Positions 1 to 13,600 of a DNA stretch of 64,000 nt are shown here, piece by piece. The stretch is taken from contig CP075495.1 of NCBI GenBank assembly GCA_021613535.1, positions 930,001 through 994,000 of the forward strand, in the 5' to 3' direction. How positions within the stretch are numbered: the first letter of the stretch is position 1; each line of letters starts with the position of its first letter. The stretch comes from Adineta vaga. Its lineage: Eukaryota > Animalia > Rotifera. The position numbers and the translations under genes are program-made. The notes beneath the pieces were generated by a model that searched no databases, was not told where the DNA came from, and was given only the letters and a program-made list of their open reading frames with translations.

Positions 1-646
1 TTGATCTATGGTACACCACGTGCAGCAACTATTAAAGCAAAAACAGATTGTAAATTATGGGCGATTGATCGAAAAGTAAATTGAATGTCGAGTTTGATTA
101 ATTTTAATAAATTTCGAATTTTGTTTTTTGTAGACTTATCGACGTATTTTGATGGGTTCAACAATTAAAAAACGTAAAATGTATGAGGAATTTTTATCGA
201 AAGTTAAAATTCTTCAAGAACTTGATCAATGGGAACGTTTAACAGTTGCCGATGCTCTTGAAACTGTACAATTTAATGATGGTGATACAATTGTTGTTCA
301 AGGTGAAAAAGGAAATGATTTTTTTATCATTGCCGAAGGTAAAAATTCGAGATCTTACTAATTAAATATGAAAGAACACATTTTCTAAATAGGTACAGCT
401 ATCGTATATCAAAAACCATCGGATGATGAAGCAGCAATTGAAGTTTCAAAATTAGGCCCATCAGATTATTTCGGTGAAATAGCTTTATTATTTGATCGAC
501 CTCGTGCAGCTACAGTTAAAGCAAAAGGACTTTTGAAATGTGTTAAAATGGATCGTCATCGATTTGAACGTGTTCTTGGTCCCATTTCGGATATACTCAA
601 ACGAAATGTTGCACAATATAATTCTTTTATTAATTTAGCTGTTTAG
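1..646 (+). CDS. PRKAR1: cAMP-dependent protein kinase type I regulatory subunit, 3' part (5' truncated; exons 1-75, 134-338, 393-646)
   Basis: Spliced translation gives [10 protein letters not shown]...[21 protein letters not shown]...[17 protein letters not shown], the two cNMP-binding cassettes of PKA-RI. GT-AG introns of 58 and 54 bp; TAG at 644-646. Confidence 0.95.
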
Positions 647-1695
647 AGATTTCAGAAAACAAAACAATAACAATTCATATAATCATTATATTCCCTCTTT
701 TTGTCTATCGTTCGTTTGGTTTACTTACATATTGAATATTCAGGATTTTACACGTCCTTTTTATCTTCAAAAACAAATATGTTTGATGTAATATGATAAT
801 AATTATTTTATTTTTCTTTTCATAGTTGTTGTTGTTCATGTTGTTGTTGCTAATTTTGAATTTTTCCGAAAGAAAGAAATCTTTTATGTGTTGTCATGGA
901 AAAAGTTTTATCAAACAAGCAATACCCGTCAAATCTTATATAGTACATTTTCAAATTGATTGTACTATTGCATGACTGTTACACTCTTATATATCATGTA
1001 CTGATAGAAACAAATGTTCTCTGACTATTTTCAATTGATTTTATGTCATATGTGCAGACATCATTAATTAATAAAAGAACATGCTCATATCTTATTCCTT
1101 TTCTTCATTAATCTTCGAGCATGATCCTTGGTTAAAATATTGCTTCTATAGCAATTGTTAACGTTAACGGTTGTTACTTCTTGAGAAAAGTCGATAATTT
1201 CATGTCATGTCATCAATGTAAATTACTAAGTAATAACAAATATGGAAATATTGTCTTTTAACGGATGATTGGGTGTTGACAAAACTCATATGTATCAAGA
1301 AAACTGGAATTAATGAGAGACAATTTGCATTTAACTAATAGGACGACAGACATCTGCTTTGGGTTTTTTTTGTAAATTATCTCCGGATTAACATCTCATA
1401 TATTTAGAATATGATTATACTTTCAACTAAACTGTGTTGAACTAGTTTAGGATTATAAATTGAATTTTTGATCATTCGACCGAAAAAACTCGTTTAATGA
1501 ATAGAAACATCGTTGATTTATAAGATCTATCGTAGTGTAAATTGTATACCCAACAGCATCAACATTATTTACGTATTTATCCTATAATAACTTCATGTAA
1601 ATCAAATGGAAATAACAAAAATAGTTTTCATCAACAAATCTATTCAATCGTAAAATACCTTCGGAAAATGAACTAAATCGAAATTGTTTTTAAAA

Positions 1696-3000
1696 TTAGA
1701 TTTTATGGAAGTTTATACTCTTTTGCGTTGCTATAACTAATATATTTTGAGTAAATAGATTGATGTACCATGATGCTGTACTATAAGGATAAATTGTTTT
1801 AAGTTTTCCATCATTTCGAATATGAAATAAACGTTGATTATCGAAATCGGCAACTAACCATTGATTATCAGGAAGAGAACAACAACGTAATGTATTATGA
1901 CATTCACCATGAATATCTAATTCTAATGACCAAAGATAATCAAATTTTCTAATTGATCGTAATTCGAAACGTTTTCGAAATGATTTCTTATTAAAAATAG
2001 TTAAAGCAATTGTTTCATTATTATAAATTATATCTTTGATAAATTCATCTCGTTTACATGTTAACGGAGATTTCCATTCTTTAACAAATTGAATTGAAGG
2101 TTGTAAACGAAATTCCATAATTGACGAACTATGTTCATAAGTTGACAAATATAATGATGTATTTGAACAAGTACATGACCACCAATTACGTCGAAATATT
2201 GTTTCAATAGGTTCAATAGACATAGTATTCGTATCGAGTAAGAAAACTTTATAATGTGCCATTATAATGAAACGATTTAATGTTGATGACCAACACATAT
2301 CCCAAATACGACCATAAGACCATGATACTTGTTTAACTGGTGTTAATTCTCGATTGATTAGATATAAATTTTGCATTCGATATATTAATAAATATTGTTC
2401 ATTACTTGCTAATGGTTTTGATAAGTTATTTGAACAATCAACTGTATAATATGGATGAGTAATTTCCGTTAAATTGAAATGTGTTGTATTAATTTCTTCA
2501 ATAGTAATCATATTCTTATCAAGAGTTAATGGTTGAATATCAATATGAAGAATCATTTGTTCTAATTTATTCATTTCTTCTTCAAGACTTTCAACATCTA
2601 ATATTAATAGATTGATACTTGTCTTTGTAATATCTTCTTCTTGTAATAGATCAGTTACTTTTGTTTGCAATTGATTTATTCTTTCTTGACGTCGATCAAT
2701 ATTTTCATGAAAACGTCGTTTAATTTCTTGACATCTTTTCTCATATAAACGATCAATAGTTTTATAACAATTATCACGCCATTTATCAAGTTTTTCATAA
2801 CAGTTTTCAATAAGTTCTTCATTATTTAAATCTTCAAGACGATCATCAAAATCTTTAACTTTATTATTTAAAGATTTTAATAATGGATTATATGAATGAT
2901 CATGATCATCAAAATGTTCACGACATAAACTTGCATGACAAACATAACATAAAGCACGTGAAACAGATCGACAGTTTGTTATAGCACATAAAGTAGACAT
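1696..3000 (-). CDS. B-box-like zinc finger + coiled-coil + predicted beta-propeller protein (lineage-expanded family)
   Basis: 434-aa intronless ORF. N-terminal CAITNC...CYVCHASLCREHFDDH, then a helical LDKWRDNCYKTID coiled-coil and a C-terminal WDMCWS/WLVAD beta-rich region. Confidence 0.75.
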   Translation of the reverse strand: MSTLCAITNCRSVSRALCYVCHASLCREHFDDHDHSYNPLLKSLNNKVKDFDDRLEDLNNEELIENCYEKLDKWRDNCYKTIDRLYEKRCQEIKRRFHENIDRRQERINQLQTKVTDLLQEEDITKTSINLLILDVESLEEEMNKLEQMILHIDIQPLTLDKNMITIEEINTTHFNLTEITHPYYTVDCSNNLSKPLASNEQYLLIYRMQNLYLINRELTPVKQVSWSYGRIWDMCWSSTLNRFIIMAHYKVFLLDTNTMSIEPIETIFRRNWWSCTCSNTSLYLSTYEHSSSIMEFRLQPSIQFVKEWKSPLTCKRDEFIKDIIYNNETIALTIFNKKSFRKRFELRSIRKFDYLWSLELDIHGECHNTLRCCSLPDNQWLVADFDNQRLFHIRNDGKLKTIYPYSTASWYINLFTQNILVIATQKSINFHKI

Positions 3001-3811
3001 TAGCTTCGTTACGTTTTTATTTTACTAACAGTTACTTGAAAAAAAAAGGTGTAAGAAAATGAAGAATGAAATCTATTCTTCGATAAATAAATCAATTGTT
3101 TAACAAAAAAAAGGTTTTTTTTTCTTCTTTTCATACACTTTTTTTCGATCAGAAGAAATGAACTTTCGAAAAAAACTGCTCCCTCTTCAACATGGAATTC
3201 ATTGACATAACATAAAGAAAACGATATAAATGGTTCTTAAAATAACAAGTAATACGCTCGTTCAAGCATAAACTCTATAAAAAAAAAAGGTATCTTGCCA
3301 ACCTCTTCCTATATGCTCTCTATGTGATGCGCTGACTCGAAAGATAGGTACATTTTGTTTGATTATTTCTTTAGGAAATCTTTTTATTTTATACCAGGTT
3401 TAGAACGTACAAAGCGCGAAAGTCTGATCATTTGTAGATTTCTCAAAAACGGGCCAAAACCACAATATTTTCGAAAAAACTTTTCTATGGTGAAAGACCA
3501 AATGAAGAGTAGAACAAAACAAACTCAACTGTTCTCACTGATTAAAGTTAGAAATGAAAATAAATCCACAATAACAATAAGTTTAGGTGATTTCATTACA
3601 GATTAATTTTATTCAACGATAAGAATTTAAATCTAACATTCGAATAGCAAACAGTTCATTTTCAATTGAGAAATTGAAATAAATCAATTCTGCCATAATT
3701 TTGTGTTGAAAAAAAAAGTTTTACTAAAACAACATCAATAACATTAATATATTTAAATGTTCAAGACAAAAGCACCAGTTAATAATTCACAGTCAAAAAC
3801 TATCAAAAAGA

Positions 3812-4911
3812 TCACAATGTTTTTTGTAATTGTTTTTCTAATTCTACTCTATATCTCTGCTCAATCGTTGGTCGACTAATACGAAACCATAAATTAACAG
3901 CAAGTAATTGTAAGATAAGAACCGAAAATGTATATAAAATATCTTTGAACCAATTATATTCTATTGTATTCGATGTGATAGAACGTATATCTTCAAAAAC
4001 TGCATTTGCTTGACAATAAGCCATAAGAAAAATAGTTAGATGAAAAGCGTGATGTGATTGACCGAAAAGATCAAATAAACCAGGACAAAAACGTTCAGGA
4101 ATTCTTCCAACGAAAATAAGACCACTCAAAATAAATGAAATAAACTGAAGAAAATGCCAATAAAGAGCTTTTTGTTCGGATTCAAGTAGTTCTTTGTTGC
4201 CATAATCAAATAAAATAGATGTCAATATCAAGTTCTTTAAAACTGGCCAAATTTGATAAGAATAAACAACTAAAACACCCGAACATTGGAGAAATTTATG
4301 AGAATATGGATACGGTCGACGATAAAATGTTTTACAAAAACAAGCTATTGATAATGAATACAAAGACAATAGACTTAATACTAAATAATATCTATCATTA
4401 TTGAACTAAAAAAAGGAGAAACACAAACATTTCTAGACAAAAAAAACATAATAATTTTTTCTCTCACGTTCACATTCGTTTGATTGTCGATTGATTTAAA
4501 CTTTTCTTCGTGTGAAAATCTTCGAAGAACAATACCCGATGTAAAACCGTAAAAATTAATGCCAAAATAATCGAGATAAAACGAACGTATATGATCGGCT
4601 ATTGTTCGCGAATGTAATAAATGTGCTTGTGCTGAACATAATAACATAATAGAAGCACCGATACAATTATAAATGATATAAAAATAGATTACTGATGAAT
4701 ACGATTCATTTGATAAATATATAATATGTTGATAGATTTGTCGGATAAGAATCAATGTACCAAGTAAATGTATCCATACTGAACATGTTTCATTATGAAG
4801 AGAAAAAAGTGAACGGTAGTAATATGAATAAGGTTGATTTGGCAATCGGAAACCAGAATGAATAAATGGTTCAACATAAATGTCAAGAACGTCAATAGCA
4901 CGTAAAGACAT
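3812..4911 (-). CDS. PAQR family membrane progestin/adipoQ receptor (2 exons, intron about 4406-4467)
   Basis: Motifs EPFIHSGFR, LFSLHNETCSVWIH, SAQAHLL, LDYFGI and IPERFCPGLFDLFGQSHHAFH. The two ORFs join through a GTGAGA...TTTTAG intron. Confidence 0.9.
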
Positions 4912-5107
4912 TTTGATTTTCTATTAACATAAAAGAAAACGTAAAAAATATATAGTTAAATATAGAAAAATGCAATACTGATTCAGATGAAAAGGATCTC
5001 TTATTTTTTGTATTAACATCTTCAATCGTAAATGAATACGCACTACATTTACTGATAGATCGATCGATTGAATGTGTCGCATCAATAGAAATAACAACAA
5101 ACAGACA

Positions 5108-5200
5108 CAAGGGAGAAGACGAAGATACAGAAGACAGTAAAAGAAAGGAAGGAAGAGAGAGAGAGAGAGAAAGAAAGATGAAGAAGATGATGAGACAGAA
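5108..5200. repeat. GA-rich low-complexity/(GA)n tract upstream of the PAQR gene
   Basis: gaaggaagagagagagagagagaaagaaagatgaagaagatg. Confidence 0.6.
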
Positions 5201-8116
5201 AAATGCCGCTAGCACATCTTTCTCAACAACGGAAATAGTTTGCATACATTCACCAGATCAACAAATAGAATATACATGCAACATCAGCTAATCAGTAATA
5301 TAACTATGATCCATCTATGCCATTTATTTTACGAATGTTTATATAATATCTTTCTCGCCTTCATTGACATTCTTTAGATTGTAAATCTATGTATATAAAG
5401 ATTGATGTCTATTCGATAAAAAAGGAAAAGGTCAATGCAAAGATTTGACTAGTACATGATTTTCTGACAAAAATAAGATCGTTTGTTTTTTTCTTCTATC
5501 TCTTAATAATAAAATACATCGATTGAACACGCATTCAAAGGAAAAAAATATAGTTTTAGGATGTAGCTGTCATAATTCTTTGTTTGACAATAATAACAAT
5601 ATTTAGATCTTTCTCGTCTTTTGTTTGACAGTAACAATGACTTCTATATATTCTGAAGAAAAAAAGAACTGAAAGGATAAAATAAAAAATAGCAATGACT
5701 CGTGTATTGATGCATTTCATAGAAGTTCTTTAAGCGATATAAATATTAATAAATTGAAAAGGTTAAAAAAAAGAAGCTATATGAGTAATCATATAATTTC
5801 AATTAATTACTCTCAATTCTTCTTTATTCATTCATTGATTATACTTACGAAGAACTCTTATGATTTTGTTGTTATTTATGGAATAGATTGTTATATCAAT
5901 TGTTGATTCTATTTTGAAATAACACACTCGATTAACCTTTTCGAGAAATTGAAAAATACACTGCCTATCGTTGTTTGTTGAATGGTTTGAGAATAAGAAA
6001 GAAAAAAAAAGTAATCAGAGAGAGCATGCAAATATAAAATAGAGGAAAGAGTAAAATAATATACGACATAATGACATATTCAATTTATTTCAAAGAAATA
6101 AATTATTCTTTTTTATTCGTTCAACTATCTTTTAGAAAAAGAAGGAAAAGATTTTTTGTTAATTAAACTTATTCATATATATAGTTTACATACAGATATA
6201 ACATCTCATTTCTTTTCTTTTCTTTTCTTTTCTTTAATGAGAAGAAAGAACTAGATGTAGTGATACTCGTTCGTTCATCATATACACTATAAAGAAGAGA
6301 ATGAGAACAGAAAAGAAAAGAAAAATGAACAACAATCAATCTCTATTAGATTTAAAATGCACATTAAAGAAAAGATTGTATCGTTTCACACATATCTAAT
6401 GTTGTTAAAAAAAATAATTATACTAAGTTTTCTTTTCAATTATATATTACTATTGATTCTAAAAAAAGAATAATTAATTCATCAGAAGTCATTGTGATAA
6501 ATTAATTGAAGCATATCTCGTCTAATTGGTTTATATTATTAAATGTACTCAAATCTCTATTAGAGATGAAGATGAGAAGTAACAACAATGCAGAAGATTT
6601 ATAGTAATAACTAATATTTGTTTTTGTCATATATATTATATTAGTTAATTCCAATTGTCTTAAATCACAAATATTTAAATATAATCCAAATAATTGAACT
6701 TCCATTCCGTGTATTCAAGATGAAAAAAAGTGTTTTAATCATTTATGAATTCAACATCAAATGTTGTTGTTAAGAATTTCAAATACTAGTCGCAATTTAT
6801 GCTCATTTGTTTATTTAATAAAATCTTTTATTAGTTGACGGTCGTGCCTCGCTCGTCTTTTTGAATTCTTTTAATTAGATAGAATAAGAAATTTCTTGTT
6901 CATCTAGCAAGATTCTTGGTCTTAATTATCATCATTAGTATATATCAAATGTAATTGTACTTATTAATTATTTTAATATAGAATTTTGCTAGAATTTCAC
7001 ATATTGAGAAAAATCAAGTGGAATAATAGAAAAATATAAAAATAAGTAAACGCTTTCAAAATGATCAATAAAAATAGTCTATACAATTTTGTTTGCCTTT
7101 TGAATCAATCGAGATAAATCTTGAGAAAAAAAAATTTATATTTCAAGTCTCAGTTTACTTAAGGATCTAACGATTTGTATAGAAACGAGCGATAAAAGAT
7201 ATAGACGTTGCAGGCAAGACCGTCGCTTAATGTTGCTTCAAGTCTTTCTTACAATAATGGTATTTTCAAACTATCACCAAACTTTTTATTTATACAATTT
7301 TTGAAAAACTAACATCATATTCGAATTTCTCGACCTCGATTACATTCTCGTCAAGGTTCATAGAAAATAATTCTTTATATTTTCACCTTACTATTGAATT
7401 AATCATCAAAATAATTACAGGCAAACAATTTTTATATGCAAGAATCTTCTTATTACGAATCATTTTAGCTGCTAATAGATATAAATCATATGATTTTAAT
7501 TCATCCCTCACGTCAATACAATATACCAATGGAAGTCATTTAAACGTAGAATAGACTGTTCAACAATTATTATTACATGAGATAAACCTAAAATATATGG
7601 TCTGTTCGTGCAGATTGATATGAATAAAACGTTCTAATCAACTACAACTTTTCTGAAACTAGTGCACATTGTACTTTCACACCAAAGCTGAACATTTATA
7701 ATCGTTTCCTAAATAAATCCTTCCTCCTTTCCTTCCCGGTCGGGATATCAATGTGATGATCATAACAACGTTTAAGAACTATCGAATATTCCTAAATCGT
7801 AGTGCAATAGAAATAATACGATGTATATAGATATATCAAATAAGGTCTACTGTGGCTATATATCATATTATTTCTCTAGGAAAGTCCGTTGACATTTTTC
7901 AGTAGATATAAAAATCTTACTGATTATCTATACTGAATTTAAAAAAAGAGTTCTATTATATTTATAAAACGTGTCTTTGATATATCATAATGTATTTATT
8001 TGATGACGCGATGAAATATGAAGCGTTGCTGACTTTTTTATTTGCCTAGAATTTTCTATAATAGACAATATTCAGTTATGTGCGTATTCTTGTCATTCTA
8101 TAATTTTTATCTTGTA

Positions 8117-8596
8117 ATGCAATCGATTTCATCTGATATTATTGATCAAACCCAACGATCAAATGAAGAGATCTTAACAAATCAACCATTACCTAATTCA
8201 ATTACAATTGCTACACAATCTATTCAAAATTCTTATCAATATCCAATGACATGTGCATCTACTTCGGAAGATAGCAATATTATGTCTGTAGCAGTTGTTC
8301 GTAATCCTCAGGATAATTACTATGCATATACAGGAAATATACTTGATATCTATGACTATAGAATATGGTCCATTTTCAATATGTTTTTTTGTTCTCCTGG
8401 AATTGGTCTTTATGCCGTTTTTATGTCTTTTGAAACGCGTAGAAAAAAACGTTGTGGTGATCATTTTGGTGCCCGAAATATTTCGAACATAACTGCTATA
8501 TTAAATATTGTCAGTACTCTTTCTGGTATATTGTTTTATGTTATTGGTGGTTTAAGATTATCTGGATATTTAATTATATATAGGCCTGCTCTATAA
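8117..8596 (+). CDS. CD225/dispanin (IFITM-like) membrane protein
   Basis: DYRIWSIFNMFFCSPGIGLYAVFMSFETRRKKRCGDHFGARNIS followed by a second hydrophobic helix, matching the CD225 signature. Likely ATG at 8117. Confidence 0.85.
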   Translation: MQSISSDIIDQTQRSNEEILTNQPLPNSITIATQSIQNSYQYPMTCASTSEDSNIMSVAVVRNPQDNYYAYTGNILDIYDYRIWSIFNMFFCSPGIGLYAVFMSFETRRKKRCGDHFGARNISNITAILNIVSTLSGILFYVIGGLRLSGYLIIYRPAL

Positions 8597-9637
8597 TGAC
8601 AAAAACAAAATAAACATAAAACGGAATTAATCAGAAAGTACTTTACCGTTTTTTTTCTTCTTCAGATGAATGCGTTCATTTTTAAAATCTAATCTTGATT
8701 TTTGTCACATACTATCTGAAATAAATATTGGTAATATACATGTTTTTTCTTGAATACAACATTATGTTGAAAATGAAAACAAAAAGATCACTAGTATGAT
8801 TCATTTTTTGACATATTAATCGAAGCAGAGAAATATTATATCTGACATTTAAATGTAGACAGAAGATTGATAAAAACATAAGAGATTTTAATCAAATGAT
8901 GGATAAAAATATGACTGAACAAAACAATCGGAAGTTCTGTTCTGTTAAGCAAACACATTTTAGAAAATAACAAGAGCAAAGATCAATCAATACTAAGTGC
9001 AAATATAGAAAGAATGATGTTTACATGTAACTATAATACACTCAGAAAAAAAAAACTAGATGAGATATGAATACTTAAATAGTCAAACAAATATTTTTTC
9101 TTATAGAAAAAAAAAGATTGAATTTTTAATTTTTTAGAAAAAAAGAGTAAAATAGATTATTTTCACTTATTTCTTTTTGTAAGTAATTTCATTTTCAAAG
9201 AAGTCCATAAGATTACATTGTAAAAAGAAAACATCGCCTTCACGTCTTTCTTCGGAAAAATATGTAACAACTATTTTCTTTGTGAATAGTTTATTTCATT
9301 AGTATAAAAGTTATTTCCGTGAAAGGTTTTTTCTCCAACGACTAAATTTAAAGTAAAATGATTGGATTAGTACACCGGAAAGTCCTCTGCAATATGTTTT
9401 TATTAATTAATATTAAAAGAAAAACATGATAACATTAAACATCGTAGAAGAAGGAACATTCTTTGTCTCTTTTTATCATCATTAATACGAAGTATTTAGA
9501 CAAATAACTATGTCGATTAGGTTTGTTAGTTAAATGAGAATCATTTTTTTTTATTTTATTTATCCTGAAAAAATGTCAGATATAAATATGAAATATTTTT
9601 TCATTTAATTCCAGGTTTATTTTACTATACGTAAAGA

Positions 9638-10645
9638 ATGGGTCAAGTTGATACTATATCTCATCATTTAATGATATTTATTGGCATTACAATGTATATA
9701 TTTGGTTCAATTGGAAATATTTTAAATATTTGTGTTTTTACAATATGGTCTCGTTCAAAGAAAACTTCGAATAAATATTCTCATTCACGTCGAACATGTA
9801 ATAGTTCATTATATTTACTTGTTTCTTCAATTGCAAATTTATTAGTTATTCTTTATCCATTATTTACACGAATTATGCTTGATGGTTATAAATATCATAT
9901 TACAAAAGATATGATATTTATTCGATGTAAATTACGTTATTATATATTACATACATGTGATTTAATATCATTAATTTGTATTTGTTTAGCTACTTTTGAT
10001 CGATATTTAATAACTTCTCGAGAAGTTCGTCTTAGAAAATTAAGTACAACAACAGGACGAACAAAATTAATTATTTTATTTATTATTCTTCTATTTGGAT
10101 TACATAATATACCAATTCTTATATATTATACTGTTTCACAAACTGGATCTTGTATAATTCGATCAAAGAATTATTTATATTATTATTTATATACATTTCA
10201 AATACTTCTACATGGATTAATACCTATTACATTTCTATCAATATTTAGTATATTAACTTTAAAACAATTAAGAGTAATTAGTAAAAGAAAAATTCGTTAT
10301 AGAACTACAAATAGTGATAAACAATTATCTCGTATGCTTTTATTAATGTCTTTAGCTATTATATTATCATCAATTCCATATTGTATTGAACAATCTTATA
10401 TAGTTCTATTTAAAGAAAATAATCGTCGACAAACATCATATTTTTATCTTTATCATGTTACTTGTTCTTTATTATTTTATATAAATCCAGTAACTAGTTT
10501 TTATATATATTATATTTCGACACGAAATTTTCGTTCACAAATTCACAAGATTTTCCGTTGTCAAAGAGATAATTCGTATGTTATTATTTATAAAGTTAAA
10601 CCAAGAACAACTTCAAAAGATTCTCTTCATCAAAAAGTATTTTGA
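9638..10645 (+). CDS. Intronless rhodopsin-like 7TM GPCR (subfamily shared with 34836 and 36476)
   Basis: GN in TM1, CKLRYY, FDRY, DKQLSRMLL, NP..Y; seven hydrophobic segments. Confidence 0.9.
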   Translation: MGQVDTISHHLMIFIGITMYIFGSIGNILNICVFTIWSRSKKTSNKYSHSRRTCNSSLYLLVSSIANLLVILYPLFTRIMLDGYKYHITKDMIFIRCKLRYYILHTCDLISLICICLATFDRYLITSREVRLRKLSTTTGRTKLIILFIILLFGLHNIPILIYYTVSQTGSCIIRSKNYLYYYLYTFQILLHGLIPITFLSIFSILTLKQLRVISKRKIRYRTTNSDKQLSRMLLLMSLAIILSSIPYCIEQSYIVLFKENNRRQTSYFYLYHVTCSLLFYINPVTSFYIYYISTRNFRSQIHKIFRCQRDNSYVIIYKVKPRTTSKDSLHQKVF

Positions 10646-13600
10646 AAAATTTTATTCTATTTTTCATGTTTTTTTTCTCTATTAAATTGTTATTACTCAA
10701 TCAATATGAAATTAATAATAAAATAATCTATATTCATATGCCTATGAACTCAAAATAAGATGTTTGTATTTGATCTTAATAGATGACTTTTTAGTGCATG
10801 TCAAGTTTTTAATATTATGTAAAGTCATTAAATCCATTAGTACTACAATTAAACTATCTTCTACTTGATAATAAAACGTCTCCTTCATACATTATTAAAA
10901 CAGTAGTATCAAACTTGAAATTACTTTTCAACTTTCAAATGAACTATCTTATTTAAGAAAAGAACGTCTAGACAAAACGAAATACACCATCATGAGTACA
11001 TAATGATCAAGAGGATAATACATATCATATAGAAACGAAGAACGATGTATATATCTAGAAGAAATAGAAAGAAAAGATATAACATGTAATAACAACAATT
11101 CATGCTAACAGATTCAATGATGATCAATAATCTAAAGTTGAAAAATTACAAATAGTAAGAAGTTTTGTCTTAGATATAAACTTACTATCTGATAATGGTA
11201 TATACTTATGGTTCTATTGTTGATAAATCATCCAACATATTTGAACACCATTTATGAGATTTCTATGAAAATAAATAGATATTGTTACAAAAAAGACCTA
11301 TAATTTACTGATGGTGAAATATACTCTATCTATCAATCAAATAATTTATTTGATAGAATATATAAAAAGAATAAAGGGACGACATACTTCAGATTATTAT
11401 TAATAAAAATTATTTTGATATATGATTTTGTTACTCTATAGTCAAACGTTCTAATGAAGTAAATGTAATTAAATATATATTTATTAATTAAAAATAAAGA
11501 TCATCAATTGTAGAATAGAAAAACATAATGAGCAAGAATCTTATTAAGCGTTTTGTTTTGCTTATTCAATCATCTGCGAACATATATCCATTGAAATATC
11601 TTGAGCAAACTGTAAAGATATAAATGATATTATGTCAATATATATATATATATATTGTTTACAAAGTAAGAATTGATTAATGAAACGATTTTTTATCTGG
11701 TATGTCTAGATTAATTTTGTCTGGAAATCAAACTAGAACATATTTATTAAGTTGTCAACAATAAGCAGAAGAAGAAAAATCATATCTATAGTGATTAACC
11801 TAATTATATATGTACTTCTCTTTCTAATATAATCTGCTTTTCCTTAAGAAATAGTTATAGGCAAAACAAAAATTGACATTAATATACATATAATGATGAT
11901 ATGACAAGAGATATTTAATTAATTCGATATGGCAACTAGTTATTCACCTCTCGGGTAAAAAGAAATATTGTTTGCGAACACCAAGGTCATGATTCTCGAC
12001 ACACAATGAAATAGAAAAAAAGACAATAATGTGATATTACTTGTATATCTTATTAAATTTATTTAATAGAAGAAGAGAATGTCTATAACTCTCAATCATC
12101 AATCAATCAAATATAACAAAAGTTTCACAAAATTACGTATTGATATATTTTCAAAATTGAATTTAGTCTAACAAGGTTAATAAAGAAAAAAAAAGAAATG
12201 AATATAACGCATCTCGAAGAATGTGTCAGATCAATTAGATAACATATGTTAGAGAGGGTAAATGCATATTCATAAATGAAATTAATTTACAATAAGAATA
12301 AGAACACAAAAAATCAGAGATATGATAGTTAGTAATCTGAATTGATAGAATAAAAAAAAAATTAAATGAAAGTATTGATGAAACACTCGATATAACATGG
12401 TGAGTACTCAATTGCCGTATTCAGATTCTAACACAAGTATAACCAAAGCGTTACCTCGAGGCAATCTCTTCTGTCAATATCATTTTAAGTGCTCATTGAA
12501 TGAATATTTTTTTTATTGAAGTTTAATTCCAATAGTAAAAAGAAAAATGTTCAACCTATGATTAGAATAGATTTTGAACTATTTCTATCAGTTAAATAGT
12601 TAGTATTTCTCATGAGAAAATCAAATATTTTCATTTTATACAAGTAAATATTGAAAAACGTTTTTCTTCGTTTATTTATATTTCATTTTTTTAAAGGTCA
12701 TTTCGAATCTTTTAAAGTAATGTAATGAAAATTTTAATGCAGAACATTCTTTTTCTGTTTTGCTTTTTTTTTGTATTTTAACTTTAGAATTTTTTTATTC
12801 TTTCATAGTTGGTATGAAACAAATCAAACATCTGTTCTAGTATTTGATTAAATCTCCATATTAAATATTTGATTGATAATCAAAAACGTATGTAAAATAT
12901 ACTATAAATATTCTTTCTAGGTTTTTTCTTTATCATCAGATATGAGAAAATTATGAATTAGTACATACGAGAAAAAAAAGATGACAAAACTGTACACTTG
13001 ACCTTGAGATTACTTTTTTGTTCAAATAAAATCTACGATTTCATTATGAAAGTTTGATGAAGTTGGAATGTTAGATTTGTAAATTTATACTTCAATATAT
13101 GTTTGAAGAATTGGATTGTATGATTTTGAATATGATATTTATTAATCATACTGTTCATTAATATATTGTAATAAAGTAGAATTGAAAAGAAAAGTTTTTC
13201 ATTGATTCTTACATCATCAAGATTGAACAGCTTCGTTTTCATTACTTTGTTGAAATAATAGAAAGTTATTTTTATTGATTAGAATAACCTTGACAAGCTT
13301 TTCTTTTTTTCTTTTTTTCTATTATTGAAAATGCTATAGAACTTAATGTAATTGTCAAGTTGTACGGAAAAATAAGAGATTTTTTATTTTTTCAAAACAC
13401 ATTCTAAAAATTTTTAGTGAAATAAAAAATCTATTATTAAATACAAATCACCTAGGTAACCCATATAATTGAATGACAAGAAAAGTATTTTATATTTAAA
13501 TTAGTCAGTAGGAGACTTACACATTTTTAATTTTACACGAAAAAAAATCATAATATTAATTAGTTTTTCTTTTCACTTCCTTTTTTTTCGCATCGTCGGT

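Noticed and set aside
3290-3606. 83-aa ORF and slightly GC-richer stretch resembling a TE remnant
   Set aside because: No TIR pair, second copy or protein motif found, so it cannot be supported.
11080-11340. Faint coding-like stretch (YGSIVDKSS, FTDGEI)
   Set aside because: Multiple stops and no identifiable family; may be chance.
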